A DNA stretch of 64,000 nucleotides from Lama glama (Eukaryota): assembly GCA_028534125.1 (NCBI GenBank), contig CM052818.1, positions 29,328,001 to 29,392,000 of the forward strand, written 5' to 3'. A model generated the notes under the pieces. The model saw nothing but the letters and a program-made list of their open reading frames with translations. It made no database searches and had not been told where the DNA came from. Position numbers and translations under genes: made by a program. Shown piece by piece: positions 1 through 12,607 of the stretch; positions within the stretch are counted from its first letter, which is position 1, and the number at the start of each line of letters is the position of its first letter.

Positions 1-3000
1 TCTTCTTTGGAGAAATTTCTGTTTAGGTCTTCTGCCCATATTTTAATTTTGTTGTTGTTTTTATTATTACTGAGTTGTATAAGCTGTTAATATTTTCTGG
101 AAATTAAACTTGTCAGTTGCATCATTTGCAAATATTTTCTCCCATTCCATAGGTTGTCTTTTTGTTTCTGATTTCCTCTGCTGTGCAAAAGCTTTTAAGT
201 TTAATTAGGTCCCATTTGTTTGTTTTTGCTTTTATTTCTATTGCCTGGGTAGGCTGCTCTAGGAGAACATTACTAACATTTATGTCAGGGAATGTTTTGC
301 CTATGTTTTCTTCTAGGAGGTGTATAGTATCTTGTCTTATGTTTATAAGTCTTTAAGCCATTTTGAGTTTATTTTGTGTTTGGTGTGAGGGAGTATTCTA
401 ACTTCACTGGTTTTACATGGGGCTGTCCAGCTTTCCAAACATCTCTTGTAGAAGATACTATCTTTTCTTCATTGTATATTCTTGACTCCTTTGTTGCAGA
501 TTAATTAACCATAGGCGTGTGGGTTTACTTCTGGGCTCTGTATTCTGTTTAATTGAACCATATGTCTGTTCTTGTGTCAATACCACACTGTTTTGTAGTA
601 CTGTAGTACTGATTACTGTAGCTTTGTAGTATTGTCTGAAATCTGGGAGGGTTATCCAGCTCTGTTCTTTCCCCAGGACTGCTCTAGCAATTCTATGTCT
701 TTTATGGTTCCATATAAATCTTACCATTACTTGTTCTAGTTCTGTGAGAAATGTCCTGGATAATTTGATCAGGATCACATTAAATCTGTAGATTGCTTTG
801 GGTAGTATGGCCATTTTAATAATATTAATTCTTCCACTCCTAGAGCATGGAATATCCTTCTATTTTTTTGAATCATTTTCAATTTCCTTTAATCAATGTT
901 TTATAGTTCTCAGTGTATAAATCTTTCACCTCTTTGCTCAGGTTTATTCCTAAGTATTTCATTTTGGTTTTTTTGGATGCAATATTAAAAGGGATTAAAA
1001 AAAAACTTTCTGATATTTCATTGTCTGTGTAAAGAAATGTAACAGATACCTGTATGTTAATCTTGTATCCTGCTACCTTGCTGAATTCATTTATCAGTTG
1101 AATAGTCTTTGTATGGCATCTTTAGGATTTTCTATATATCGCATCATGTCATCTGCATGTAATGGTAATTTTACCTCTTCCCTTTCTGTTTAGATACCTT
1201 TTATAATTTTCTGATTTCTGTGGCTAGGACCTCCAATACTAGGTTGAATACAAGTGGTGAGAGTGGGCATCCTTCTCTTGATCAAGATTTTAGCAGGAAA
1301 GCTTTCAGCTTTTCACCATTAAGTATTATGAGTAGTTGGCTGTGGGTTTGTCATAAATAGCTTTTATTAGACTGAGATATGTTCCCTCTGTACCCACTTT
1401 GGTGAGAGTTTTTATCATGAATGGATGTTGAATTTTATAAAATGCTTTTTCTCCATCTATTTAGATAATCATGCAGTTTTTGTCTTGTCTTTCGTTGGTG
1501 TGGATCCCATTGATTTTGTGTATGTTGAACCATCCTTGTTGACCCTGGGGTGAATCCAACATGATCATGGTGTATGATTCCTTTTATGTATTATTGGATT
1601 TAGTTTGTTAATACTTTGAAGATTTTTGAATCTATATTCATCAAAGATAATGGCCTATAATTTTCTTTTTGGTAGTATCTTTGTCTGGTTTTGGTATCAG
1701 AGTGATGGTGGCTTCATAGAGTGAGTTTGGGAGTGTTCCTTCCTCTTCAGTCTTTTGGAAGAGTTTAAGATCAGTATGAGTTTTTTGTATGTTTTAGAAT
1801 TCCCCAGTGAAGCAATCTGGTCCTGGACTTCTGTTTGCCGGGAGTTTTTGTTTTTGTTTTAATTAAAGATTATACTTTACTCCTAATGATCACTCTGTTC
1901 AAATTATCTATTTCTTCTTGATGCAGATTTGGTAGACTGTTTATAGAAACTTGTCTATTTCTTCTAGATTGTCCAACTTGTTGGTATATAATTGTTCACA
2001 GTATTATGGTTTTGTATTTTGGTGGTATCATTGAAACTTCTCCTTTTTAATTTCTCATTTTATTTGCGTCCTCTCTTTTCTTGCTAAGCCTGGCCAAGAG
2101 TTTGTCAATTTTTGTTTACTCTTTCCAAAAACCAGCTCTTGATTTGATTTTATGTTTTCTTATTGTTTTTTGAACATCTATTTTATTGATTTCCTCTCTG
2201 ATCTTTGTTTCTTTCCTTCTGCTAACTTTAGGTTTTGTTCATTCATCTTTTTCTAATTCTTTTAGGTGGTAGGTTAGGTTGTTTGACGTTTGTTTGTTTT
2301 TTCTTTTGAGGAAGGCCTTTATTGTTATGAACTTCCCCTCTTAGGAATGCCTTTGCTGCATTCTGTAGATTTTGCATGGTTGTGTTTTCATGGTCATTTG
2401 TCTCAAGGTATTTTTTAATTTTCCTCTTGATTTCATCATCGACCCGTTGGTGTTTTAGTAGCATGTTGTTTAGTCTCCATGCAATTTTTTTTTCTTGTTT
2501 CTCTTTCTGTGGTTGATTTCTGGTTACATGCCATCGTGGTTAGAAATGATGCTTGAAATAATTTCTATTCTCTTAAATTTGTTGAGGCTTCTTTTGTGCC
2601 TGAGTATGTGTCTATCCTAGAGAATGTTCCATGTGCACTTGAATCAAATATATGTTCTGCTTTTTTTTTTTTTGGACATAATGTCCTAAAAATACCAATT
2701 AAGTCATACCAATTAAGTCTAACTGTTTTATTTTGTCATTTAAGATCTCTGTTGCCTTATTGATGTCTGTTGGGAGGATCTGTTCATTGATGTCAGTGGA
2801 GTGTTAAGGTCTCCTACTGTTGCATTCCTATCAGTTTCTCACTTTATGTCTAATAGTATTTGTCTTTCATGTAGGTTCCCCTATATTGGGTACATGTTAA
2901 TGAGTATAATATCCTCTTATGTTGATCCTTTTATCATTATACAATGTCCTTTATCTTTCTTTATGGCCTTTGTTTTAAAGTCTATTTTGTTTGATATGAG

Positions 3001-3148
3001 TATTGCTACCCCTGCTTTCTTGTCATTTCCATTTGCATGAAATAACTTTTTCCACCCCGTCACTTTAATCTATGTGTCCTTTGCAATAAAGTGAGTCTCT
3101 TGTAGGCAACATATTGTAGGCTCTTGTCTTATTATCTAATCTGCCACT

Positions 3149-3749
3149 CTTTTTTTTTTTAATTGAAGTATAGTTGGTTATAATGTGTCAATTTCCCTTT
3201 TAAAATTGCATCCAAAAAGTGTACAGCATAATGTCCCAGTCATACATATATATACATATATGCATTTTCATATTCTTTTTCATTAAATGTTATCACAAGA
3301 TATTGTATATAGTTCCCTGTGTTATACAGAAGAAATTTGGTTTTTATCTATTTTTGTATTTAGTTATTAACATTTGTAAATCTCAAACTCCCAAATTTAT
3401 CCCTTCCCATCCCTTTTCCCTTGATACCATAAGATTATTTACTATGTTTATGAGTTTTGTGTTTTGTAGATGAATTCATTACTGTCCTTTTTTTTCTTTT
3501 TTTCTTTTTTTTAGATTCCACATGTGAGTGATATCATATGGTATCTTTCTTTCTCTTTCTGCTTACTTCACTTAGAATGATGATCTCCAGGTCCATCCAT
3601 GTTGCTGCAAGTGGCATTATTTTATTTTTTATGGCTGAGTGGTATTCCATTGTATAAATATATCACAACTTTTTTATCTAGTCATCTGTCAGTGGACATT
3701 TAGGTTGCTTTCATGTCTTGGCTATTGTATATAGTGCTACTATGAACAT
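3149..3749 (-). mobile_element. Young 5'-truncated L1 3' end, nested in the A-tail of the next L1 fragment
   Basis: A T-run is followed by aattgaagtatagt...gtacagcataatgtcccagtcat, the same L1 3'UTR as 47761-48100. It is flanked by cactcttttt / cacttttttt, an imperfect TSD. Confidence 0.85.
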
Positions 3750-3751
3750 CA

Positions 3752-3940
3752 CTTTTTTTTCTTTTTATTCATTGAAGTATGGTCAGTTTATTATGTTGTG
3801 TCAATTTTGGGTGTACAGCACAATGCTTCAGTCATACATGAATATACATATATTTGTTTTCATAATCTTTTCACTATAAGCTACTACAAGATATCAAATA
3901 TAGTTCCTTGTGCTAGAATGTAGTTCCCTGTGCTATATAT
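3752..3940 (-). mobile_element. Short 5'-truncated L1 3' end inserted in the host ORF2 endonuclease region
   Basis: T-rich tail plus attgaagtatggtcagttta...tagttccctgtgcta. The host ORF2 resumes at 3941 (cttttgattggagcatttag). Confidence 0.8.
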
Positions 3941-4072
3941 CTTTTGATTGGAGCATTTAGTCCATTGACATTTAAGGTAATTATTGCTAGAAATGTATTT
4001 ATTTCCATTTAAAAACTTGTTTTCTGGTTTATTTTATATTTCTTCTTTGTTCTTTTTCATTTTTCCTTTTGT

Positions 4073-5985
4073 GTATATATTTTTTTATTGAAGTATAGTC
4101 AGTTTACAATGTTGTGTCAATTTCTGGTGTACAGAATAATGCTTCAGTCATAATATACATATATATTCTCATATTCTTTTTCACCATAAGTTACTACAAG
4201 ATATCAAATATAGTTCCCTGAGCTATACAGTAGAAACTTGTTTATCTGTTTTATGTATATTAGTATCTGCAAATCTCAAACTCCCAGTTTATCTCTTCCC
4301 ACCCCCTTCCCTCCCTGGTAACCATAAATTTGTTTTCTATGTTTTGTTAAAAAGTTCATTTGTCTTTTTTTTTTTTAGATTCCACATATGAGTGATACCA
4401 TATGGTGTATTTTTTCTCTTTCTTACTTACATCACTTAGCATGACATTCTCCAGGGCCATCCATGTTGCTGCAAATGGCATTATTTTATTATTTTTTATG
4501 GCTGAGTAGTATTCCATTGTATAAATATACCACAGCTTCTTTATCCAGTCATCTGTCGATGGACATTTAGGTTGCTTTCTTGTCTTGGCTAGTATAAATA
4601 GTGCTGCTGTGAACATTGGGGTGCAGGTATGTTTTGAATTAAGGTTCCCTCTGGATACATGCCCAGGAGTGGGATTGCTGGATTATACGTTAAGTCTTAT
4701 TTTCAGTCTTCTGAGGAATCTCCATACTGTTTTCCATAATGGCTGCACCAAACTACATTCTCACCAACAGTATAGGAGGGTTCCCTTTTCTCCACAGCCT
4801 CTTCAGGATTTATCATTTGTGGACTTTTGAATGATGGCCATTCTGACTGGTGTGAGGTGATACCTCATTGTAGGTTTGATTTGCATTTCTCTGATAATTA
4901 GCGATATTGAGGATTTTTTCATGTGCCTGTTGGCCATTTGTATGTCTTCATTGGTGAATTTTTTGTTTAGGTCTTCTGCCCATTTTTGGATTGGGTTGTT
5001 TGTTTTTTCTTATTAAGTTGTATGAGTTATTTATTCTGGAAATTAAGCCCTTGTCAGTCTCATCTTCTGCAAATATTTTCTCCCATTCCATAGGGTTGTC
5101 TTTTCATTTTGCTTATGGTTTCCTTTGTTGTGCAAAAGCTTATAAATTTATTTAGGTCCCATTTGCTTATTTTTGCTTTTATTTCTATTGCCTGGGTAGA
5201 TTGCCCTAGGAGAACATTACTGAGATTTGTGTCAGGGAATGTTTTGCCTATGTTTTCTTCTATGAGGTTTATAGTGTCCTGTCTTATGTTTAAGTCTTTA
5301 AGCCATATTGAGTTTATTTTTGTGTATGGGGTGAAGGAGTATTCTAACTTCATTGATTTACATGCAGCTGTCCTGTTTTCCCAACACCATTTGCTGAAGA
5401 GACTATCTTTACTTCATTGTACGATCTTGCCTCCTTTGTCAAAGATGAATTGACTTAAAGTTTGTGGGTTTATTTCTGGGTTCTTTATTCTGTTCCATTG
5501 TCTGTTTTTGTACCAGTACCATGCTGTTTTGATTACTGTAGCTCTTTAGAATTGTCTGAAGTCTGGGAGGATTATTCCTTCAGCTTCATTCTTGGTAATT
5601 TGATAGGGATTGCATTAAATCTTGCTCTGGGTAGTATGGCCATTTTAACAATATTAATTCTTCTAATCCAAGAACATGAGATATCTTTCCATTTCTTTAA
5701 GTCATCTTTAATTTCTTTAATCAGTGTTTTGTAGTTCTCCACGTGTAAGTCTTTCACTTCCTTGGTCTGATTTATTCCTTAGTATTTTATTTTTTTGGAT
5801 GCAATTTTAAAAGGGATTGTTTCTTTACTTTCCTTTTCTGATATTTCATTGTTAGTGTAAAGAAATCCCACTGATTGCTGTATGTTAATCTTGTATCCTG
5901 CTGCCTTGCCAAATTTTTATCAGCTCTAGTCGTTTTTGTGTGGAGCCTTTACAGTTTTCTGTATTATAGTATCATGTCATCTGCA
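4073..5985 (-). mobile_element. ~1.9-kb 5'-truncated L1 (ORF2 C-terminus and 3'UTR) with a 10-bp TSD
   Basis: TSD ttccttttgt at 4063-4072 and 5986-5995. ORF2 C-terminal peptides at 4356-4616 ([27 protein letters not shown]) and 5060-5353. An internal deletion of roughly 90 bp near 5590 is seen relative to the host copy at about 660-760. Confidence 0.92.
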
Positions 5986-6842
5986 TTCCTTTTGTAGTTC
6001 GATTTCTTTTGTATTATGCTTGAATTCTTTTATTTTTGGTTTCTGTGACTCTATGCTTTTTATTTGTGGTTACCCTGTTTTTCAAGTTGTTAACCTATTA
6101 CTATATATCTCTTTGCTTTAGACTGGTAATCATACAGGCTCAAACACATTCTTAAAAAAGAAAGAAATCTACATTTTCTTACTCCTTCCTCCCATTTATG
6201 ATTTTGATGTCCTCTTTTACACCTTCATGTTTATTTTGCTGTTCATTGTAGTTATCACACTTCCAATTGTGATTTTCTTTTCTATAGGTTCTTTTCTATT
6301 TAGAGACAAACTTTCAATGTTTCTTTTAAGATAGATTTAGTACTGCTGTATTATTCTAGTTTTTGCTTGTCTGAGAAATCATCTTTCCTCTATTCTAAAT
6401 AATATTCTTGCTGGATAGAGTATCTTAGGTGGCAGATTTTTCTCAAGACTTTGAGTATATTTTGCCACTCCTTTCTGGCCTGCAATGTTTCTGTAGGGAA
6501 ATCAGCTGATAGTTACAAGGTAAACCCCATAAGGCTAACTCTTTTTTTTCCTCTTGCTACCTTTAAAATCTTCTTTTTAATTTTTGCAATTTTAATTACA
6601 GTATGTCTTGGTGTAGGTCTGTTTGGGTTCATCTTGTTTGGAGCCATCTGTGTTTCCTGTACCTGGATATCTGTTTCTTTCTTTAGGCTTGAGAAGTTTT
6701 CAGGCATAATTTCTTTGAATACGGTTTTGATCCCCTTTTCAGTTTCTTCTCCTTTTGGAACCTCTGTTAATGTGTACATTGGCATGCTTTATATTATCCC
6801 ATAGGTCTATTACATTGCTTTAATTTTTCAAAATTTTCCTCT

Positions 6843-7030
6843 GGGAAGAGTATAGCTCAAATGGTAGAGTGCACGCTTGGCATACACAAGGTCCTGGGTT
6901 CGATCCCCAGTATTGCCTCTAAAAATAAGCCTAATTACCCCCTCCCCCAAAAAAGTTTTAAAAAATAACACAGTAATAAATAAAAATTTTTTAAAAATAC
7001 AGTAATAAATAAAAATTTTTAAAAATCTAA
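6843..7030 (+). mobile_element. tRNA-Ala-derived SINE (camelid type) inserted in L1 ORF1
   Basis: gggaagagtatagctcaaatggtagagtgcacgcttggcatacacaaggtcctgggttcgatccccag has an A box and a B box (GGTTCGATCC, 6897-6906). It continues with cctaattaccccctccccc and an A/T-rich tail containing a ~29-nt tandem duplication. Confidence 0.88.
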
Positions 7031-9497
7031 AAAAATTTTTTTTCTGTCCACTACTGTGATTGGGTGATTTCCATTATTCTGTCTTCCAGATCATTTACTC
7101 ATTCTTATGCATTATTTAGTCTGCTAATTACTGCTTTTAGCTCAGCTTTAATCTTGGCAAATTTTCTGATTTAATTGGCTCCTCTTCATAGTTTTCAGTT
7201 TCTTTGTATAGTAATCTGCATTTCTATCTATAGCCTTTCTTAATACCTTCGTATTTTTTATCATCTCTTTTTAAAACTCAGTCTGGTAGACTGGAGAGGT
7301 CTGTTTCATTGTTCTTTCGGGAGATTTTTCTTGTTCTTTTAATTGGTAGTGATTCTTCTGCTTCATTTTACTTAAATTTCTCTGACTATAAATTTGGAGA
7401 GCTCTTTTTATTGGGAGCATCCCTGTGTGGCCTGTGTAGGGATGTTTTTGTTGGGATGGCTGTTTTTATTATGGTTGGCTGCCATGTCGTTTCTCCATGT
7501 GTGATGGCTGTTATCGCCTTGATAAGAGGGTGTGATTGGTGTTGTGGTGACCAGAGTCTGCCCTGGATGTAAAGTGGGGTCTCCTTGTTGCCCTGTGGTT
7601 GTCACAGCCCTGTCAGGGGCTGGGTCTGCTCCCCTGCTGTTGGAGTAGAAGCCCCCAGATTCATTTCTGAGCTGTAGTGTGAAGCAGATGGGACTGGACC
7701 ACTTCTGCTGGGGGAGGAGCTGCTGAGTACTCGTCTGCAGGAGACTTCCATGAGGAAGCTCACTCTGTGGTGTTGCCTGTCACCTGTTGTGTGGGCTCAC
7801 AAAGTATACCGTTGTTGGTGCTGCCCTTGGCCCTGCCTCAACCATGGAAATGCAGGCAGTCTGCCCTAGTGTTCCTCAGGTGCTGTGTTCACATGGCTGT
7901 CAGGGCAGATCCGCTGATATGAGGCACCGGGACCTGCCGCAGTCATGCATCTGGATCTGCTGTGGCCACAGGGTCAGCCTGGACCCCAGTCCCGCCTCCA
8001 TGTGCACGTGCCCACTGTCAATGCTGGACCTGCCCCAGCTACGCAATGGTGTTCTGCTCATATGTTCTGCAGGTACTGAGCTTACAGAGGCACCTGTGGC
8101 ATAAATCCACCAAAGCTGCCTGGCACAGAGCTCAGATTTCGGCCCAGCTTCCAAAGTTGCCTGGTCCCTGGGAATGGGCTCAGACTTCAGACATGCCTCT
8201 GCCTGGGGGCAACTCACCAGTGCTTCCTCCCATACCCTGGCCCCCAGAGCTCCCACAGGCAGAGCTGCACAGCTGTGAGCAAGCCAAGGAGGAGATGGCT
8301 ATGGTGGGGTCCTGCCCCTCCCTCCTTCACATGTGATAACAATGGGACTTTTTATGTGGACCCAGCCTCCTTTGCACACACTCCCAGTTTCAGCCTTTAC
8401 CACACTCCAGCCCCTTCAGGCTGTCTGCATGTAGCCAACCCCAGTCCTCTCCCTGGGTCTGTCCTCTGAAGGACACCCAGTCCCTGCACACATCAGCAGG
8501 CTCGCGTCTCAGCCTGGGGGACTGTGCATATCCTCTGTGCTGGTTTCTCTCTGTTCTGCCTGCTGCAAAGAGACTGCTGCGTTCTCCTCTGAAGCTCTCT
8601 TTCTGTCCCAGCTGGTGTCCCTGCCAGTGAAGGGGCCTCCCAGGGTAAGGGAACCTTTCTTCTTTCACTGCTTTCTCCCAGGCGTATGGGTCCTGTCTCA
8701 ATTCTACTTTTTGCTTTACCCATTTGTGTTTAGATTTTTCTTGTAGCTTTGCTTGTATAAGATCTTGTGCCAGAGTTCAGTAGGTATTCTGTGAGAACTG
8801 TTCTGCATTTTTTGACGTATTTTTGATGTATTTGTGGGAGGAAGTGAGCTCTGTGTCCTGTTCTGCCAGCTTGAAGCCCCTCCCTGTCTGTGTATATTCA
8901 TTACATATATAGGCATGTCCTGCTTAATGTCAGTAATCTATGAAAAGTAGGCTCTGTGTGAAAATGCTAGAATTTGATATACCATAACCAAAACCCCCCA
9001 ACCACTTTCCTAGAAATACAATTAAACACATTAAAACCGTGTTGGAATGTAAATATGCTTAAAATATCTTCTTGCTCATCAGTGAGTTTCCTTAGTGTGT
9101 AGTAATATCTTTTCTGTTGTGATTGTGGAAAAGGAATCCGCAAGAGGAAGCAATCTTCGAGACTTTATCTTGTTTGGGACTCCACGTCACTAGGAGAAAA
9201 CAAGAGCTAGTCGGGTATGGAAAACTGCGGAAATGCCTTCAGGACAAGCACAGGAGCTGGTGGCTGGTCACAGTGAGTATGACAGGTGGTCCCTCTACGT
9301 GCCAGTGCACATCTACCTGGTTGATAGTCTTGGTGCTTTTCAAACGTCAGATTCCAACTACTATATTTGGAATATAACTCAGGGCTATGCCAACATTAGG
9401 TAAATACTGTATTGAATTTTGGGGATATGAATTTCTCATATTTAAACATTAGTTGAACAAGTTGAGAGAGGTACATTCTGTGGTGCTTGGGGGGTGG

Positions 9498-9922
9498 TAT
9501 AGCTTTCTATTGCAACAAATTATCACCACAAATTTAAATGGCTTCAAACACTACCAATTTGTTATCTTACATAGGTTAGAGGTCGACACAAGCTTCACTG
9601 CACTGAAATCAAGGTGTTGCAGTCCTTTCTGGAGGCTCTGGGCAAGGATTCCAGCATTTCCACAGTTCTCCATGCTCGAGGCTACCCATAGTCCTTAGTT
9701 CACAGCCTCTTCCTCCCTCTTCAGAGCTGCCAGCGGTCGAGTCCCATGTCGCATCTGACTTCTTTCTTCCACTCTTGTAGTTACATGGGGCCCACCTAGA
9801 TCAACTGTTTTAAGGCCAGCTGATTAGGAACCTTCATTTCCCCTTTGACTCATATGGTGACATTCACAGGCTCCAGGGATTAGGACACGGACTCTTACCT
9901 GTGCTCTTCTGCCTAAGACAGG
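9498..9922. mobile_element. MaLR solo LTR (MLT1-like)
   Basis: Typical MLT1 phrases: caccacaaatttaaatggcttcaaaca, ctgaaatcaaggtgttg, ctttctggaggctct, cacaggctccagggattaggacacggac. Subfamily not determined. Confidence 0.7.
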
Positions 9923-10079
9923 TGATAAAACCAAACGCCTGTCTTCCAGGAAATGTTAAGTGGGGATAATTTCTGCTCAGGATGCCTTACATAATTATTT
10001 TTTAAAACTCAGATGCTCTTATTAAACTGTACGAGTGGATACTGTATTAAAAGCAAGGCTGGGCACACTGGTCTGCTGG

Positions 10080-10392
10080 ATGGCTACTGCTGTCATCACC
10101 AAGGCTCACAGACTGGATGGCTCAAATTCATGAAGCTTCTGGAGGCCGGATGTTCAAGATGGAGGTACTGAAGGATTTTCTTCTTAGGCCTCTCTCTGGC
10201 TTGTATATGGCTGTCTTCTCCCTGTACCTTCCCAAGATCATCCTGTGTGGGTCCTAATTTCACAGAACAACAGTCCTGTTGGATTATGGGCCACCCCAGT
10301 GACCTCCTTTGTCCTTGACTTCATCTAAAAATGCAGCCCCAGTCTGAGTTTTGGAGGAGATGGGTGGGGGGACAAAATTCAGTGCATAAAAG
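10080..10392. mobile_element. MaLR solo LTR (MLT1-like), second copy
   Basis: cacagactggatggct, ttctggaggccggatgttcaagat, tcttctccctgt, ggattatgggccaccc, ggggacaaaattcagtgcataa. Confidence 0.65.
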
Positions 10393-10519
10393 TATCTAAC
10401 AAATTTAATAACTAACCTGTAAAAGACTCCAGATTCATGGAAACCCACTGATAGAGTGGGGTGGGCGGGGACACAGCTCGTACACAAATGCTCATTGACA
10501 TTATTCTGAGGTAGACATT

Positions 10520-11309
10520 TTCTAAAAAAAAAAAAGGTGATTTATTTTGCTTTAACATACAATGGTAACTATATTGGGATCATCAAGTTTTTAAAAAATT
10601 TTGCTGGGCATACTTTACATGTTACAATACTAATATAAGCTCATTAGTTCTTCCATTTCAGTGTAGGAAATGGATCCAATTAACACCTACTAGCAGCTTG
10701 GCTAAGAATGGACATTAAAATCTGACAACACATGGTAAGTACAAAGTACTGTTCTCCAAATGTTTATAAAAGTTTTGAAACAATCACTGCCTGCTCCACA
10801 GGACAGACAATTTGGATTTTAAAAATGTTCCAGACCAGGAATAGCATAACCCTGTGTAACAATACTTATAATACAGTTTAAACAATATTTTATCAAAGAC
10901 TTTTTGCACTTGAGATTTAAAAAACAGTCTGGAGAGAAACAACCGAAAAATGAAAATTACATAAAATATTTCCACCACTATTTAAATGCCAGATTTAATC
11001 AAGCAACAGTAAAAAATACCAAAACAATAATACAACCTTCTGTTTAAAATAACAGCACTGTTCTGCCTCTTTTCCACTGAATTTTACATATGAACAGACT
11101 ATATATACTGGTTTTTCAGAGAAATGTCCATTTTGTCTGTCACACCAGTGAGGCTCACGCTGAACCCTTTCTCTTCTGAGGATACGTAACTCCACGATGT
11201 TTCCGTATTTCCAACATTCTGGGTTAGGTGCAATGTCTGAAGTATATAATACATTTCTCTTTTCCTTTACACAGTGCAGAGTATATGGGCTTAGGTTATG
11301 TAGATTCTA
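10520..11309 (-). other. LTBP1: LTBP1 3'UTR (cleavage position approximate)
   Basis: Repeat-free AT-rich sequence between the TAA stop (11310-11312) and the AATAAA signal. Confidence 0.8.
10541..10546 (-). terminator. LTBP1: Polyadenylation signal AATAAA of LTBP1
   Basis: tttatt on the + strand, followed in the transcript direction by tcacc and a U12 run (10524-10535). MLT repeats begin just downstream. Confidence 0.8.
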
Positions 11310-11491
11310 TTACTCCAGGTCACTGTCCTTGTCTAAATTCAAGGCGGTATTCAATGGAGTGCAGTAGTTTGGCTTGTCAGAAGGTACATAGCCCGGCAGA
11401 CACACACACTTATAGGAACCTTCTGTGTTGATGCACTTGGCGTTCTTGCAGAGAGACATGCGGTTGTTCAACTCATCACATTCGTTGACAT
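11310..11491 (-). CDS. LTBP1: LTBP1 last coding exon (equivalent to human exon 34): final cbEGF and C-terminus
   Basis: Acceptor ttattgcag|AT. Reads (D)[59 protein letters not shown]. 182 nt including TAA. Confidence 0.97.
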
Positions 11492-12364
11492 CTGCAATAA
11501 GCCAAACCATGCAGGTAAACCAGCTTTAACATCACTCCGGGAGGAAATGCAACCTCTGGCTCACCTGAGGCATCCGGCTGTAGCCTGAGCCCAGCTGTTC
11601 TCTGCTTTCCCCCGAGTCAACTATACAGTCTTTCCCATTATTGTCTTTTCAATCACATGCAAGGCAAATTACTTTCTGGATCTTAAAAAGGTAGGCTATC
11701 TGGGAGATTCTAGAATTTCTTTCCCTGTTAATGAATGCAACCCAAATCATTTTGTCAGCTTGACATTTTGTAGTTAAACTTCAAGGAAGCTGGCAGAAGT
11801 ATCCTATGTCTAAATTCCTTCCCACAGGTGCAGAATGGGGAGGCTGGCAAGAGATAGAGTGGCCTCTCTGAAGGTTTAAGTTACCTTCTTAGATTTCTTT
11901 CCACAGGAAAGAAGGGCTCTCACGCACTTCAAACACCTGTAATAACCCAGGTTACCTATTTTTAGACCCACTGCAGATTGAGACAAAGCTGACATGGGGA
12001 AACTATAGGAGCAAGCGAAAGAACCACACACATGTGAAGAAACAAACTGCTGCAAGACAAGGGCCTTCTACCATAGAGGTCACCAGGCACATTAGCACAT
12101 GAATCACACAGGAAGAATAAACGTACACTTACTGTTCTTTTAAGAGGAAGAGGGAAGGCAACAAAAAAGGACTTTCCAAAATGGAAGTGGTAGGTTTTTT
12201 TTTGTGTGGACATCTGTGTTCTCTAAAGCTGGTGTCAGGTATTCAGGGAAAGCATTATTTGCGAGAGTCAAAAAATCTCAATTTAAAAAAATTAGAGTAA
12301 TTACCTAGGAGATCCTGGCCTTTCCTCCATCTGTACCATTTATATGAATTTTTAAATATTAACT

Positions 12365-12515
12365 TTTACAATTAAAAAAAATATTCACACCATAAAAGTG
12401 ACCGTTTCAACCATTTTTAAGTGGATAGTCTAGGGGCATTAAGCATCTTCCCACTGTTGTACACTCTTCAGCACTGTCCATCTCCAGAACTTTTCCCATC
12501 TTCCTAAATGCTGCA
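12365..12515 (-). mobile_element. Old L1M 3'-end fragment
   Basis: accataaaagtgaccgtttcaaccatttttaagtg...gcattaagcatcttcccactgttgt...atctccagaacttttc. Confidence 0.65.
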
Positions 12516-12607
12516 AATCTATCTTACATGTACTTGACTGCATGAGGTCTGGCCACAGAGCATCTCAGGGAAAGAATAATTTCCCATCAGATGCACATCA
12601 TTCTTAC

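Larger units (their letters stand above)
1..8884 (-). mobile_element. Decayed LINE-1 host element: 5'UTR, ORF1 and ORF2 remnants, continuing out of the window at its 3' end
   Basis: The minus strand starts GGGAGGGGCTTCAAGCTGGCAG...CTCACTTCCTCCCACAAATACATCAAAA at 8884, a typical laurasiatherian L1 5' end with a degenerate YY1 motif. An ORF1p remnant lies at 6513-6785 (EIMPENFSSLKKETDIQVQE...PTPRHTVIK). The ORF2 start MEINTFLAIITLNVNGLNAPIKR has its ATG at 4008, with further ORF2 pieces at 2243-2464 and 458-814. Many stops and frameshifts. Confidence 0.93.

Noticed and set aside
1..5985. Apparent ~1.1-kb direct duplication (1-1160 versus about 4960-5985)
   Set aside because: These are homologous ORF2 regions of two independent L1 insertions, the second bounded by its own TSD. 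Not a segmental duplication.
6843..6920. Possible functional tRNA gene
   Set aside because: Stems are mismatched, there is a SINE body and tail, and it sits inside an L1. It is a SINE.
7309..8916. Cluster of overlapping 65-124 aa ORFs
   Set aside because: They lie in the GC-richer L1 5'UTR, show no recognisable protein features, and many start at non-ATG codons.
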